Origin: Podarcis erhardii
Taxonomy: Eukaryota
Strand: one strand, 5' to 3'
Length of the DNA: 64,000 nucleotides
Assembly (NCBI GenBank): GCA_964252035.1
Contig: OZ176200.1
Shown here: piece after piece, positions 19,561-32,600 of the stretch
Numbering within the stretch: the first letter of the stretch is position 1
How the letters are laid out: each line of letters opens with the position of its first letter
Notes under the pieces: generated by a model
Told to the model about the DNA's origin: nothing
Seen by the model: only the letters and a program-made list of their open reading frames with translations
Databases searched by the model: none
Made by a program: the position numbers and the translations under genes

Positions 19561-19817
19561 AACCTGGGACCTTTTGCATGCAAAGTGTGTGCTTTGCCTT
19601 TGAGCTAAGATCCCTGGCCTTCAACATATCCTATCAGTGATCCCCTTCACATACTAGAATAATGCAGTGCTGTGAATGCACTATAAAAAGGCCCATGTGA
19701 AGTTATGAATGATTTTCCTTTTGCTTTTTACAAATAATTAATTGAACCAGACACCTCACACATCAACTAATAATAAGTCTGCACTGGAAGGAATAAGCTG
19801 TGAATCCACTGAACCAG

Positions 19818-19982
19818 ATGATGATGATGGTGATGATTTTATTTTATTTGTACCCTGCCCATCTGACTGGGTTGCCCCAGCCACTCTGCATGGCTTCCCA
19901 CAAATATAAAAGCAGAATAAAACATTAAACATCAAAAGCTTTCCTATACAGCGCTGCCTTCAGATGTCTTCTAAAAGTTGTA
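19818..19982 (-). mobile_element. L2-type LINE 3' end with (ATC)n tail
   Basis: Same family as 34359 copy. Confidence 0.6.
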
Positions 19983-22900
19983 TATTGTAGTTACTTATGT
20001 CCTTCACATCTGATGGAAATAGAGTGGACAGCTAGCTAAGCGCAAAATGGAACTGTCCCAACAAGATGGGAAAGTCTTAAAAAGGTCAACTGCTCTATGT
20101 TGTCCAGAAACACCTACCACCCCCTTTTGCCTTCAACCCAACAGGTGCCTGCCCAGCCTTTCCTTAGTGTAGATGTGAATAACATTTGGTCCGTAATTCC
20201 TGGTCATTGGCCATGCATGCTGGACCTGATTAGAGTTGTAGTGCAGCAACATCTGGAGGGCCCAAATTTCCTACACCTGCTGTAACACCTCCTATTTGTA
20301 GCCTTCTATAGGTGATTGCTAAGATTACTGAACTTCGTGGTCTACAAAGCCAGGCATCTGGGAGATAAAGGGAAGCTTGTCCAACACTTTCTCATATAAT
20401 ATTGAGGGGAGAGACAGAGGACAAAGTCGACATTATGGGAAATCATTTTCTCTCCCTAAAACGCCAACAACTTAGTCCTTCTTTGTAATCAATCGGTCCA
20501 TGTTCTCAAAAAGCTTAGCCTCACATCATTAAAAAAAAAAGGATCAAGGGTGGAGAAGGGAAAACAGCTGGAAATAATAACCATTCCTAAGGGCAAATAT
20601 TCATTTTTAATTACTGGTATCCCTTTTATCCATGACAATGTAATTGCATTCTGTTTAACTAAATCTTAATTGGGGCTGTGAAGTAATGATAACCATAGCT
20701 GTACAATTCTTTACTAGCTATCTTATACATACAATCGTTCAGAGGACACAATGGTGCACATCAGAGTAACAGTCACAGCAATATGGTGTGATTTTAAGGG
20801 AATCCAGTCCATGTTTTATGTGTTCCTGTACACCAGAGTCTGGAGCAGTTCCAGTCCAGGTTTTACTCAAAGCTCAGGGGCCCAGTGTAGAGACTAGGCT
20901 TTGATACAGCCAATGAGATAGAACATAAGAAGATCCTGCTGGATCAGGCCAAAGGCCCATCTAGTCCAGCATCCAGTGGCCAACCAGGTGCCCCAATCAG
21001 AAGCCTGCAAACGGAATCTAAGCACAACAGCAATCTCTCCACTTGGATTTTATTACCATTTTTCCTGTGGTGGTCTGGCTCCTGGAAATTGATGCTGCCA
21101 CTGAGGCCAGGACCCCACATAGGTGGTGGTGGTGGGGCTGTGGGGGGCGTGGCCAGGGGAGGAGGGATATTCCTGTTTTGCCTCAGGCAGTGAACACCCG
21201 GTCCAACCCGGTTCCCAGTCCTGCCTGGAAGTGCTGGGAATTGGACCTGGGACCTTTTGCCAAGCAGATGCCCTACTGCCAAATGGTCCTTACGTCTGTT
21301 CTACGCTGACAGCAATGGAACACAAATTTTCCACTATCTCTACCATGCAATTTGTAGCAATGTCTTAAAAACTTTTTGAAGCCCTGATTGGATTGCGGAG
21401 ATGAGAAGCCTGATGATCAGTCACAAAGATGTACAATAAACTTGAAATGCCTTCGGTTACAAGAGGACAATGTTTCCTGCTTTTGCCAAAGTCTTCTCTT
21501 AGTCCCTGGACAACTTCAGATATTTCTGTGCCACAATGGATGATGGGAATGTCAGGATTTTCAGGAGAGTGGGCCATGCAAAGAAGACATCAGGGCCCCC
21601 TACCCTCCTTCAGGATCATCTACCTCCAATTGTCCTATGAGGAAGATCCAGGTGAATAGTTACAGTTTACTATTATCGTTATTTTCGTCAGTGTATCCTT
21701 ATGTTACTTGTAAACTGCCTTGGACATAGGCAGCGGAAAGAAGGAATTTCACGTTGCACTCTGGCAGACCTAGAAAAATCGGAGTACTACGTTCCCCCTT
21801 TTCTCAGATTCAGGTAGGAATTGGGGAGAAATTCGATTCAGTTTGCATTTAGAGACGAACCTCTGAAATTCAGGCAAATTATGTTCCTTTTTAACCAGGC
21901 CTTTGGTTGCTTTGCTTTGACTGACATCCTATGCCTTTTTAAAATAGGTATGTGTGGGGGTTTTTTTGGGGGGGGGGGTAATTGGGTTGTTGTTTTTATT
22001 TTGATTATATATTTTGTGGTTTTATATTCTGACATTGTTCTGTGCACCGCCCTGAGACCTTCGGGCATAGGGTGGTATATAAATAAATAAATAAAATAAA
22101 TAAATATATAAAAAGCAAATTAAAACGCAGTCATCCTTTGAAAGTTGCACCTCTCTGAATTCTGCCATGCAGTACTCCAGACAAGGAATGTGTAAAAAAT
22201 TATAATGTACGTACTAGGGTAAGGTATGCACAGAAATGCACTTACTGGTGAAAATACGATAACATATGAAATACATTATATTGGGGTGATCATTTTGCAA
22301 GAATGTGCATAATATGCAGAAGTGCATACCAAAATGTGCACATTAAGAAAAAGTTGCACGAAATTGCAAAGTGGTGTGGAAATATGGCGAACGGCACCTA
22401 TGACTGGATAAAGGAGAAACTGGGAGAAATTTGAATTGATGGATTCACCCGTTGCTAGATAGAGAGTTAAAGAGGGAGGGAGCAGCCATCAGATCCTTCT
22501 CAGATACATAGCCAATTTGCTGCTAATGGATAGTTGTCAGGCACAGCCATGCAAATTCTGAAGGTGAAAAGAGGCAAGGTTTTTCTCTTTTTTAAAAAAT
22601 ATGAGAGATCTTTTGTTTATGTGAAATCTAAACATTGCTAAAATGACTGGAAATTATCAAGTAGCCTATCTGCCTAGGCACACACCTGGAGTAAGACGGT
22701 TTCTATTTCAACGCAATGTCCTAGACTCACTGATTACTTTTGTCAGTGACTCCTTGCTATATTTCTCTCGTGACACTGGACTACATCTTTATTCTAAATG
22801 GGGATGAGGACCTTGAGCTCCACCTAGCGCTGGGAAGGAGCAATTTGTCAAAAGATCTGAAAGGAGACAAAACACCTAGAAGAAGCAACAAGGTTGTCTG

Positions 22901-23585
22901 TTTCTATTGTGGATTGTGTTGTCTTTCGTCACACAATAAGAAAAAAGTTGATTCACTGTAAGGGTTTCAGCTGATAAATCAATTAAGTCTCTATGCATTT
23001 GCATGTGGCTAAAACAGACCTGTGGAAGGAAAAAACAAAGGACATTTATCTTGTTTTTGAATGATGTGTATGTCCCAACAGCCAATGTGTCTCCAATGTG
23101 GCAAAGGAGGAGAAATGGTGCTTCTAAGGAAGTGCATGTTTTAAAAACAATTAAGCTTTTTTTTAAAAAAATCAAAAAGCAACAGCAATAGCAACTGCTG
23201 CTCACAAAAGAGAGAGGGCACTATTTTAAAGCCATTTTTTAAATGTTTGATTTGTGCTCAATTAATTAATCTAACTGATGAATGGACTATACATTGATGC
23301 CCTAGGCTTTGGACCAATGCCTGACACAGCAAACAAAGTTTATCCACATTAAGAAATATGTTAAGGTGTTTCTTTTCAGCAAACGGTGGAGGGGTGCAAA
23401 TCATTCTGCTGTTCTGCAGAATGTTTAGAAGGGGTAGTCCCTGTTTTCTAGTATTGCTCTCTAGGTAAGTTGCTGTCCTTTCCCCATCTTTTTTGTCATT
23501 CCAGGGATGCCTTGTTAAAATTGTGCTTGTGTGAGCTGCTAGAGCAGGGATCAGTTCCTTTGCCAGGGTCGCCAGAACAGATATA

Positions 23586-23811
23586 CAGTGGTACCTTGGG
23601 TTACATACGCTTCAGGTTACACACTCCGGTAACCTAGAAATAGTGCTTCAGGTTAAGAACTTTGCTTCAGGATAAGAACAGAAATCGTGCTCCGGCGGCG
23701 TGGCGGCAGCAGGAGGCCCCATTAGCTAAAGTGGTGCTTCATGTTAAGAACAGTTTCAGGTTAAGTACGGACCTCCAGAACGAATTAAGTACTTAACCCG
23801 AGGTACCACTG
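23586..23811. mobile_element. Tc1/mariner-pogo-type MITE
   Basis: TIR CAGTGGTACCTyGGGTTA, TA TSD on both sides. Confidence 0.88.
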
Positions 23812-26800
23812 TATTTGGAACCCAAGACTCTCCAGACATTGCTAGACCTATCTCCCACCATCTCCAGTCAGCATGGACGATGATCAGGGATGATGACAGC
23901 TGGAGTCCAACAATCTCAAAGGTCCTCCCTACCTGTTCTAGATGTTAAATCTGCAAATGAGGGGTTTGTGGATGTCTCTCTGTAGCAAGGCACCACACAG
24001 CGTGTTGCCTGAATGATGTGGATGTGGGGCTTTCTTCTGAAATGTCAGTGTTATATTCTAGGGCAGGGGTGCTCAGACTTCCAGCTTTATTTATGATTAT
24101 ATTTCCGCTGCCAGAGCAGAGGAAAAGGCTTCTGTGATAACTTGGCCAGCCCTGGGTAGTAAGCATCTTGAGCTGGAGTGGGGAAGGGGACACACCATTC
24201 ACTGTTCTGCATTTAAGTAGCAAACCCCCTTGGCCCAGCCCTGCTAGCCAGGCTGCTGGGTTCATGCACACAAGCTTCCCATAGCTGTTCTAATGTATTG
24301 TTGATCCAGAGACTCCTTCTTCTAGTTCTTCCTGAATGCCAGTGCTTTCCCAGGGATCCCTTTGCACACAGCAACAGGCTACATTGATGCAGTGAAGATT
24401 CTTGGCTGCTGGTAGGTCGGGTGGCTCGGAAGGTGGGACAAGTTTGGAAAAGATATGGACTTATTGGCTTAAGTCAATTTTGTTCATCTGACTTCAGCTG
24501 CGTTGGCACTCCAAACCTGGGACCACGGTCATACATTGCCTTTTAAGTGTACACATAAGATAACCATTAAAGCAGCACATATCACGAGAGGTGAAAATAT
24601 ATTTTTTAATTGACCCTCCGTATCTTCTCTTCCAGATCTGATTGTATCCATAAAGGAAGCTTCATCTGATGCTTAGTGACAGACTCCAGGATTCTGAGTT
24701 GAAGCTTGAAGGCATTCCCAGGACTCGTGTCTTAAAGCAGAGAGTGGTGAGGGATGAGTAGTATAGGGCTGCCATACATTACGGGGGGTGGGGGAATTGA
24801 CATCCGGAGGGGGGGGGGATTTCCAAAAGGTGTGGATCCTAGACAAGTCAATTGAAAATTTGTGGGGGTTTTGGGGGGGGTGTTGTTGGGAATCTGAATA
24901 CGTGCAGCTTCACACAGAGTCGATTAGGGTTTGGCCGACAGCCAAGGCAATGTAAAGGAGTGAAGTCTGCCTGGTGATACAGAAGCATGGAGACAGTTCC
25001 ATGATTGGTCAAGCTCTCTCGCGGGAATAATGATTAATAGCCTACTAACTGGAATGGGTTCAGTGTCAGTGAGTGTAGGAGTTGGAGGTTGAGAGTTGTG
25101 AGTCATGTCAGAGAGAGCTAGTTAAAGATCCATGTTCTGTTCTGTTCCTGTAAACAGTTCACTGTATATAATAAACACCTTAACTACAAGTCCCTGGTTC
25201 CTGCTTCATCCATCCTGTCTGCAGCTGAGTTGCCAATTGCTTTCGTGAACTCTGCATATACTCTGTTAGGTCTGGCTATTATGGTGTGCACATTGTGTTT
25301 TATGCCCACTCTTCTATATTTCTTGTGCAAAGGACAAAGTATTACAAGACTCTGTGCCACTGTATTTCTTCAGACAGAAATGCCTTCAGGTCAGCATTTG
25401 CTAGGCTGGCAGTTCAACTAAAATGACATGCGCTTTAGAAGAAATAATAAATTCTGCATAAAAACAATGGTCTAAAAATATAGTACTTAGCATTCAATTA
25501 TATTCAACATTGAAATAGCAATTTCAATGATTTTTTTCCCCCTTGAGTGTTTGGCCAAATACCAAATATTGGCATGCCTGGGCATAAGTAGGGGAAATAT
25601 AGGAGAGACATCAGCTGGCAGTGCTGATTTTGGAAATTCCTGAATTGCTCAGCTAGGTACATCATGATTTTCTCCTGCCCAATAGAGACACCTCATTCAT
25701 TCAATCCTTAAGAGAAACTCAAAAATGGCAGCACAGTGCATGCATATTCTGCTCTTTTATTCTGCACTGTAATCTAGATTTAGGTCCCAACCTGCTGCTA
25801 GAAATCAGCTTTCATCATTCATCAAGTCATTTAGGAACTTCCAGAATCCTTTCTTTCCCTCTACATGTGTGGCCTGGCCCATTTTCAGCATGACTTTTCT
25901 AGGTGTCTGTTTAAATCCCCCAACCTTTGCCTAAGGCTAGCTGTAGGGTGTAAAATGGGTTTCCCAAGCCCCTTTCCATGTCTGACATGCATGTGCACTG
26001 TTGCAATGCTAGTTATTTCTGTGGGGAAGATGGTGAGCACAACGTTTTGACTATTGAATGTAAAGATAACTGAAATTTCTCATAACCAGGATTCATTTTC
26101 TTTTCTTACGTATGAATAGATTTCTACCATTTGCAGAGGTACCCTATTAATTTTGGTGCCTCATGAGAATGAGACCCAAGAATCTTTATACAGTCACTAA
26201 AACTTAGGACAAATCCATACCCTACAAATAAAGGCCACCCAATCCACATTTAAAGCACATGACTTCCCCAAGATTCCTGGGAACTGTAGTTTTCCCACTA
26301 CAGGACTACATTTCCCAGTATCCTTAAGAAACTACATATCCCAGGATTCTTTGGGGAAATCGTGCTTTAAATGTAGGGTGTGAATCTTTCCTTAGTGTCA
26401 CACATTCATGGATGTACGCCAATTAACTGGAATAACAGGGCACATCTGCACTATATATTTAAACTAGATGACATTTGAGTTAACTGCTATGATTTCCCCC
26501 AAAGAATCCTGGGAATTTTAATTTTGTGAGATGGTTGAGAAGTTTTTGTCAGAGATCCTTTATAACTACAGTCCCCAAGACCACTTAAAATATTTGAAAT
26601 GGGTTTAAAGGTGTAGCGCAGACATGACCTTAGTTCTGAATTGATCAGTCATGTATTTTGGCTCTCCCAGGAAGTGACTATGATAGGCTTTTGCTTATGT
26701 CACCCACCTTTTCTGTTGGGCACTATGAGTTTGCCTTTAGACATTTGGTATAGGAGAGGTATTATTTAGTAAAGTATATGTAAGGTTTATTCATCAGTGA

Positions 26801-27825
26801 ATGCAAGCCTAAGTATTTAATTAAAACCTGCACATTCTGAAATTTGCATGATATCATTATTAAACAAGCAGAAAGTTAATCATGTAAACCTTGTTGGCTC
26901 CAAATGCAAGTACTCAGCACTTAAAATAAAATAAAATAATGCACGGCTATGTTGTTTGCAGGAATGTTTTCACCAGTATACAGACGGACAAACGCATGGA
27001 GAATAAGGCTATCAATTGCTATTAGCCATGATGGTTATGTATTACCTCCAGTGCTGAAGCAAATATGCTTCTGTATACCAACTGCTGGGAATTGCCAGTG
27101 GGGAGACTGACACAGGCATCTAGTTGGCCCCTGTGAGAATAGGATGCTGGACTAGATGGGTCTTTAGCCTGATGCAGCAGGGTTCTCATTATACAGACTG
27201 GAAATCTGGAGAAATCACTCCACAGTTCATTTGCCCTTTCCCCGCCTCCCTCTCTCCATTGGCTATCTTTTCAATATCACCGCCATCCAATCAGGCAGCA
27301 AAACCAATGCCCACAGTCCAAAGGAATGCCATGACCATAAAAACATTGGTACAGTGGAGCAGGGACATAGGGGAGTGCAGCACCAGAGTTTTTACTCACA
27401 GGAGGAGGGATGATGTGAACTGCTGGATTGGTTATTTGCCTGTGTTGCAAGCTTGGGAGTTTGGAGGATAGTTCTAGTCCGGCACATGATGCCCTTGTTA
27501 TGGAGGCTAGGCTCAGACAATGACTGGTCCAAGGTCAACCAGTGAAGTTCATAGCAGATCAGGAATATGAACCCAGTTCTCACAAGTCAAAGTTTAACAT
27601 GGTACTCACTACACTTACTATTACAGGACTGGCAGCTGATCCTAATATGGTAATGCCTATTGGTGCCGTATGGCAGGGGAGACCAATGTGGTGTCCTTCC
27701 ATTTATTGTTGGACTACCAACTCCTTTTAGCTCCAACCAGCATGGTCAATGGTCAGGGGTGATGGGAGTTGAAGTCCAGCACATTTGGAAGGCACCATCT
27801 GCTATGTGCTTTTTGGTATGTATCT

Positions 27826-28073
27826 ATAAGAAGAAGAAGAGTTTGGATTTGATATCCCGCCTTTCACTCCCCTTCAGGAGTCTCAAAGCGGCTAACATTC
27901 TCCTTTCCCTTCCTCCCCCACAACAAACACTCTGTGGGGTGAGTGGGGCTGAGAGACTTCAGAGAAGTGTGACTAGTCCAAGGTCACCCAGCAGCTGCAT
28001 GTGGAGGAGCGGGGAATCGAACCCGGTTCACCAGATTACGAGTCCACCGCTCTTAACCACTACACCGTGCTGG
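27826..28073 (-). mobile_element. MIR/CORE-like tRNA-derived SINE with (CTT)n tail
   Basis: Minus-strand head GGTGTAGTGGTTAAG...GGTTCGATTCCC, core-like GGGTGACCTTGG. Confidence 0.7.
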
Positions 28074-29026
28074 CTGGCTGCATTGAGTCTAGGGACTCCC
28101 CTTGTAAATCATGGCTATGCAAGCCATTGTGAGCGTTGACATTTCAACATTTATCACGGCATCGAGAAATAAATCAGCACATTGATTTGGAGAGCTTTGC
28201 TTCTTTTTTCACTACAGCAGCCCCCAGCAATAGGAGCAAGTCACTGCTCTCTCTCTCTCTCTCTAAAGGAGAAGCTTGCCTCTTTGGCAATAGAAACAGT
28301 TTCATTTCTCTCCTCCACACTCAGATCCTTCCTTGGGATCATGGACAGTGTCATGTGACTTCAGCCAAACACTGCTAGAGCTCTAAGAGGAAAATAGTGA
28401 AATGAAGAAATTATGAACAAGGCACAGAAAGGTAGACTAAATAAACATGGGCATTATCTTTCATAAGGTTCAGGGAGACAAAGGCTGTAAATGTTGCCTC
28501 AAGTCTCATCTGCTTTCGGAAGTGTTTCTGTGATGTATGTTTCAATGGGTTTATGGACAATATCCAGCTGAAGACACCTGGAAAATGATTTGGCATGTTT
28601 GAATTACAAAAGCCAGCTGCACATATTTTTCAAGTCACCCTCCTCTATCTGGATCCTCTGCATCCTTACTCAGAAGTCAGCATCCCTGAGTTCAATGGGT
28701 CCATCATTTCTTGATTTATATGGGGGCCCTTTACAAGGAAAAACTCTCTCAAGGCAGCTTCCACAAAAACGGAACAACATACAAGCATCAAACTTCCCCA
28801 ATGCAAACCATGAACAAACCTATCAGTTATAAAAACACATCCAGCTCTCCCAGGCCAAATAAAATGGGACTACAGCCAAAACCATCAACAGCAAAAGAGC
28901 ATGATAAATCATTACACAAGAGAAGGCTACTGAAAACAGTCAAGATTGTAGGCCTTTCTAAAGACCCTACTCCCAAGTTAATGTGATTTGGATGTAGTTC
29001 CTGTTTAAATGTTCAGTGTCATGATT

Positions 29027-29222
29027 AGGAACACAGGGAGTGCCCTTATACTAAGTTAAACTTTAGGTCGATCTAGCTCAGCATTGCCCACGCTTGGCTG
29101 GCAGTGACTTTCCAGGGTTTCAGACAGGGATATTTCCCAGCCATACCTGGAGATTGCAGGGATTGAACCGGGAACCTTCCACATGCAAGGCAGATGCTCT
29201 TACCACTGAGCTACATCCCTTC
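29027..29222 (-). mobile_element. tRNA-derived SINE (Squam3-like)
   Basis: Reverse-strand head GTAGCTCAGTGGTAAG...GGTTCAATCC and same tail. Confidence 0.72.
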
Positions 29223-29494
29223 CCCTGCAATAATAGTTCAGTTACTGGTCTTCTAATAAAGTGAGCCCAGTTACTGATGTTGATTCCTCACATACCCCAT
29301 TAGAATAGCCTTGATCAGCAAAGGAGAATGTAGAGATGTGTTGGTACAGTGGAATTAAAGGACTAAAGCAAAATTAATCCATTCTCTAATTAGCCAAGAG
29401 ATACACTCTGAAGGACAGTGCCATGCACGCTTCTTTGTGGAATCATCAGTATTAAGGTATTGCTTCTCAGACATCGGAGCAGAACTGTTTTCCA

Positions 29495-29625
29495 TTAGGC
29501 ACACTCTACGCCAGCATCTTCATTATGATTGCAGTTGTTTACACCCCAGTCAGGTTTTTTACATGAATAAATGGATAATTCTGTTCCGGTACATCCCACG
29601 TCATCCAACCAGATTTGTCCAGAGC
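29495..29625 (-). CDS. MARCO: MARCO SRCR exon 2 (terminal)
   Basis: [12 protein letters not shown]...[15 protein letters not shown]. Confidence 0.95.
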
Positions 29626-32600
29626 CTGATGTCAAGCAGACATGTAACGAGTTAGCACGGGGAGGAAAAGGGTGAAAAATAACAAAGCAACAATCCATCG
29701 TGTGACTCACATGCTAATATCTCATTATGCCTAAGTACCAGGAAAGTGGGGGTGGGGGTGGGGAGGCTGCTTTAGGAAATGCTTCTGTAGCTGCATAACA
29801 ACTGCATAATTACTCCAGAATGAAATTTGCTTGGGAAGAGAATCTCAGTCTTCTTTTCTTTTCTACCATCCTATTGTCCAGCAAACAATTTTAGACAGCA
29901 GCAACTTCAAAAGCAACTTCCTTAGCCATAAAGGAAGCATGCAGACTTTGTTGTTGTTTAGTCGTGTCCGACTTTTTGTGACCAGAGCACGCCAGGCACT
30001 CCTGTCTTCCACTGCCTCCAGCAGATTTTGGTATACTTTAATACACTTTGGACACTGGGCTCCAGTGGTGAAACACCTTCCTGGTTGGACCTGGGACTTT
30101 TGGCATGCAAAGCAAATACTCTACGACTAAGCTATGGCCCTTCCCCTATTAGGTGAACACTCCACATTCTTCTGAGAAGAAGCTGTCAGGGAACTGCTAT
30201 CAGAACAAGAGTCGGAGGCAGGGCTCCAGAGCGATGCCGGAGAGGGGACTAGCAGGGGGGAAGGATTTCAGCGTAACACCCATAGAGAAGAGAGGGAGAT
30301 GGAGGAATTGGTGACAGGGCTCCAAGACCCTTCACCTGAAACTAGTGGAGAGAGCGCTGGGACGCCCCTGCCGTCCCCTTACTTGCGCAGACGCGTTCCG
30401 CGCAGGGAACATAGGAGGAGACTCGGGGTCAAACAGCTTTTATGCTGGAAGAGGTTCAAGAAACGCCCACTCTCGGATTCTGCAAGTGACTAACAGGTCA
30501 CGGAGGGCGAGCTCCGACCCTAAGCATGGTTGGGCAAGCAAACTAACTGGACTGAAGTAAATTTACGCACAAGTAACCCCTCACAACCATCACAGCAGCC
30601 AAGGCTGTCAGAGCCTTCTGTGAGCAGGCAGTGCCTGTTGAGGTTCTGATCACACCTCCACTGCTTGCTACCCCATCTCCCAAGGAGCAAAGAACTTGAT
30701 TTGTGGGTCTGGGATGGGGTACCAGGTACTAGATGGCTCCTCAAAGTGAAGGGATCCCTACTCAGCCTCTCATCATTTCCCCAACTATTTGGAAAGTGAA
30801 GATCCTGCCAGTCTCTTTTTCAACCAGGGGTCATGGGAACTGTACTTCAACTATAACTCCCATGACCCCCAGCAATAAAAGATCCTGACAACAGAGTCTT
30901 CTCTTTACAAACAATCTGGGAAGGATGAGAGTCCCAGCAGGCATTTACCAACTGCAAGGGAGTTTCTACCCCATCACATTGGCCAACCTTTCCCCCCCCC
31001 TCTTGGAGTGGCAGAGTCTTTCAAGCACTTGAAAACTCCCTTTAAAGGGTCTCAAGGATTCAAACTGAATATTCAGAGGGGAGCAGCATAAGGCTGCTTG
31101 CCTAGCTCTACTCTAGGGACATGTTTTGGATGTTCCCTGCTATTTTTGAACACAGTCAGATTACACACAACTGAATCTTTTGCGACTTGATTAAATCAGC
31201 CAGGGAATGAACTGATAAATTACCTGCAGTTGCAGTGAAGGTTTCAACTACTCGGCTAAATCCCAGCATACGACAAATCACAGCTCCATCATTAGTGTCC
31301 CAGCTGTCGTCACATATGGTACCCCATACTCTTGAATACAGAACCTCAACTCGACCACGTCGATGTCCTCCAACAAGTCTTACAACAGAACTGCTCCCTG
31401 TTGGATGTTTTTGAAAGGCAACATTTATGCACATCAGGAGGCAGAGGCAACACATTGAGATTTGGGGCAGGGTGTGAGTAAATGATGGGAGAGGTGGTCT
31501 CTACACATCCCCTCCTTTTTGGTTGCTGAAATATGTGTTGTACATTCCAAGAATGAGACCCAGCCTATTTCTTTGTAAGCTTCCAAATCAACTCTGATGG
31601 GGGTTTGAAGGGAAGCTGTTCCTGAGTAGCTGCCAACTCACAGTGTAACACAAGGACACATGACATCACTTGGGACTTGAAGCCTAATCCTGTGATAAAC
31701 ATATAAAAATGATAATGTGCACATATGTGTTTACTAGTAGCATTGCTGCACTTTAGAGTACTGTTTCCTTGACCCTACTGACTGGTGTGCATGGAAATGA
31801 ATCACGGATGGTGGAAGCTTCCAATGGAAACAGAAACATAAATGGCCAAAGTTGATTTGTTGGGTGTTCACTGTTGTTTTCAGTCCACAAATAATGTGTA
31901 ATTGATGGCTCCCCCCCCCATACCTTGCATTGTGTTCTTTTGCATTGAAATTAATGGTGCAGAATAATGTAATGATAACGGAATTAACAATGTAAAATTC
32001 CACCATGGCAGACAGCGAGATAAGTAATGTAGTTTTTGTCAGAATATGAAGTGCAGTGGGACAGAAACAGCAATGAAGGTGGGTTGGAACAGAAGTGGAA
32101 CAGATGCCTTCTTACAAGCCTAATAGGACTCCCTACACAAGGAGAAGCTGTCCCACATTTGCTTCACTAACAGAGAAAGCTTGATAAGCAAGTTATTGTG
32201 CCTCTAGTGTTCTTCTTCTCAGACACCAAACGAAACAGAGAAGCCTCACTTCATGTGGGGCTCCATATGTACAATAAAAAGGTAAAAAGGTAAAGGACCC
32301 CTGGATGATTAAGTCCAGTCAAAGGCGACTATGGGGTGCGGTGCTCATCTTGCTTCAGGCCAAGAGAGCCAGCGTTTGTCCACAGACAGCTTTCCGGGTC
32401 ATGTGGCCAGCATGACTAAACCGCTTCTGGTGCAACGAGACACTGTGATGGAAACCAGAGCGCTCGGAAACGCCATTTACCTTCCCGCCACAGTGGTACC
32501 TATTTATCTACTTGCACTGGTATGCTATTGAACTGCTAGGTTAGCAGAAACTGGGATAGAGCAATGGGAGCTCACTCTGTCGTGGAAATTCAAACCGCTG

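Noticed and set aside
1-29000. Expected syntenic neighbour C1QL2
   Set aside because: No C1q-domain or collagen exons found on either strand; presumably outside the window
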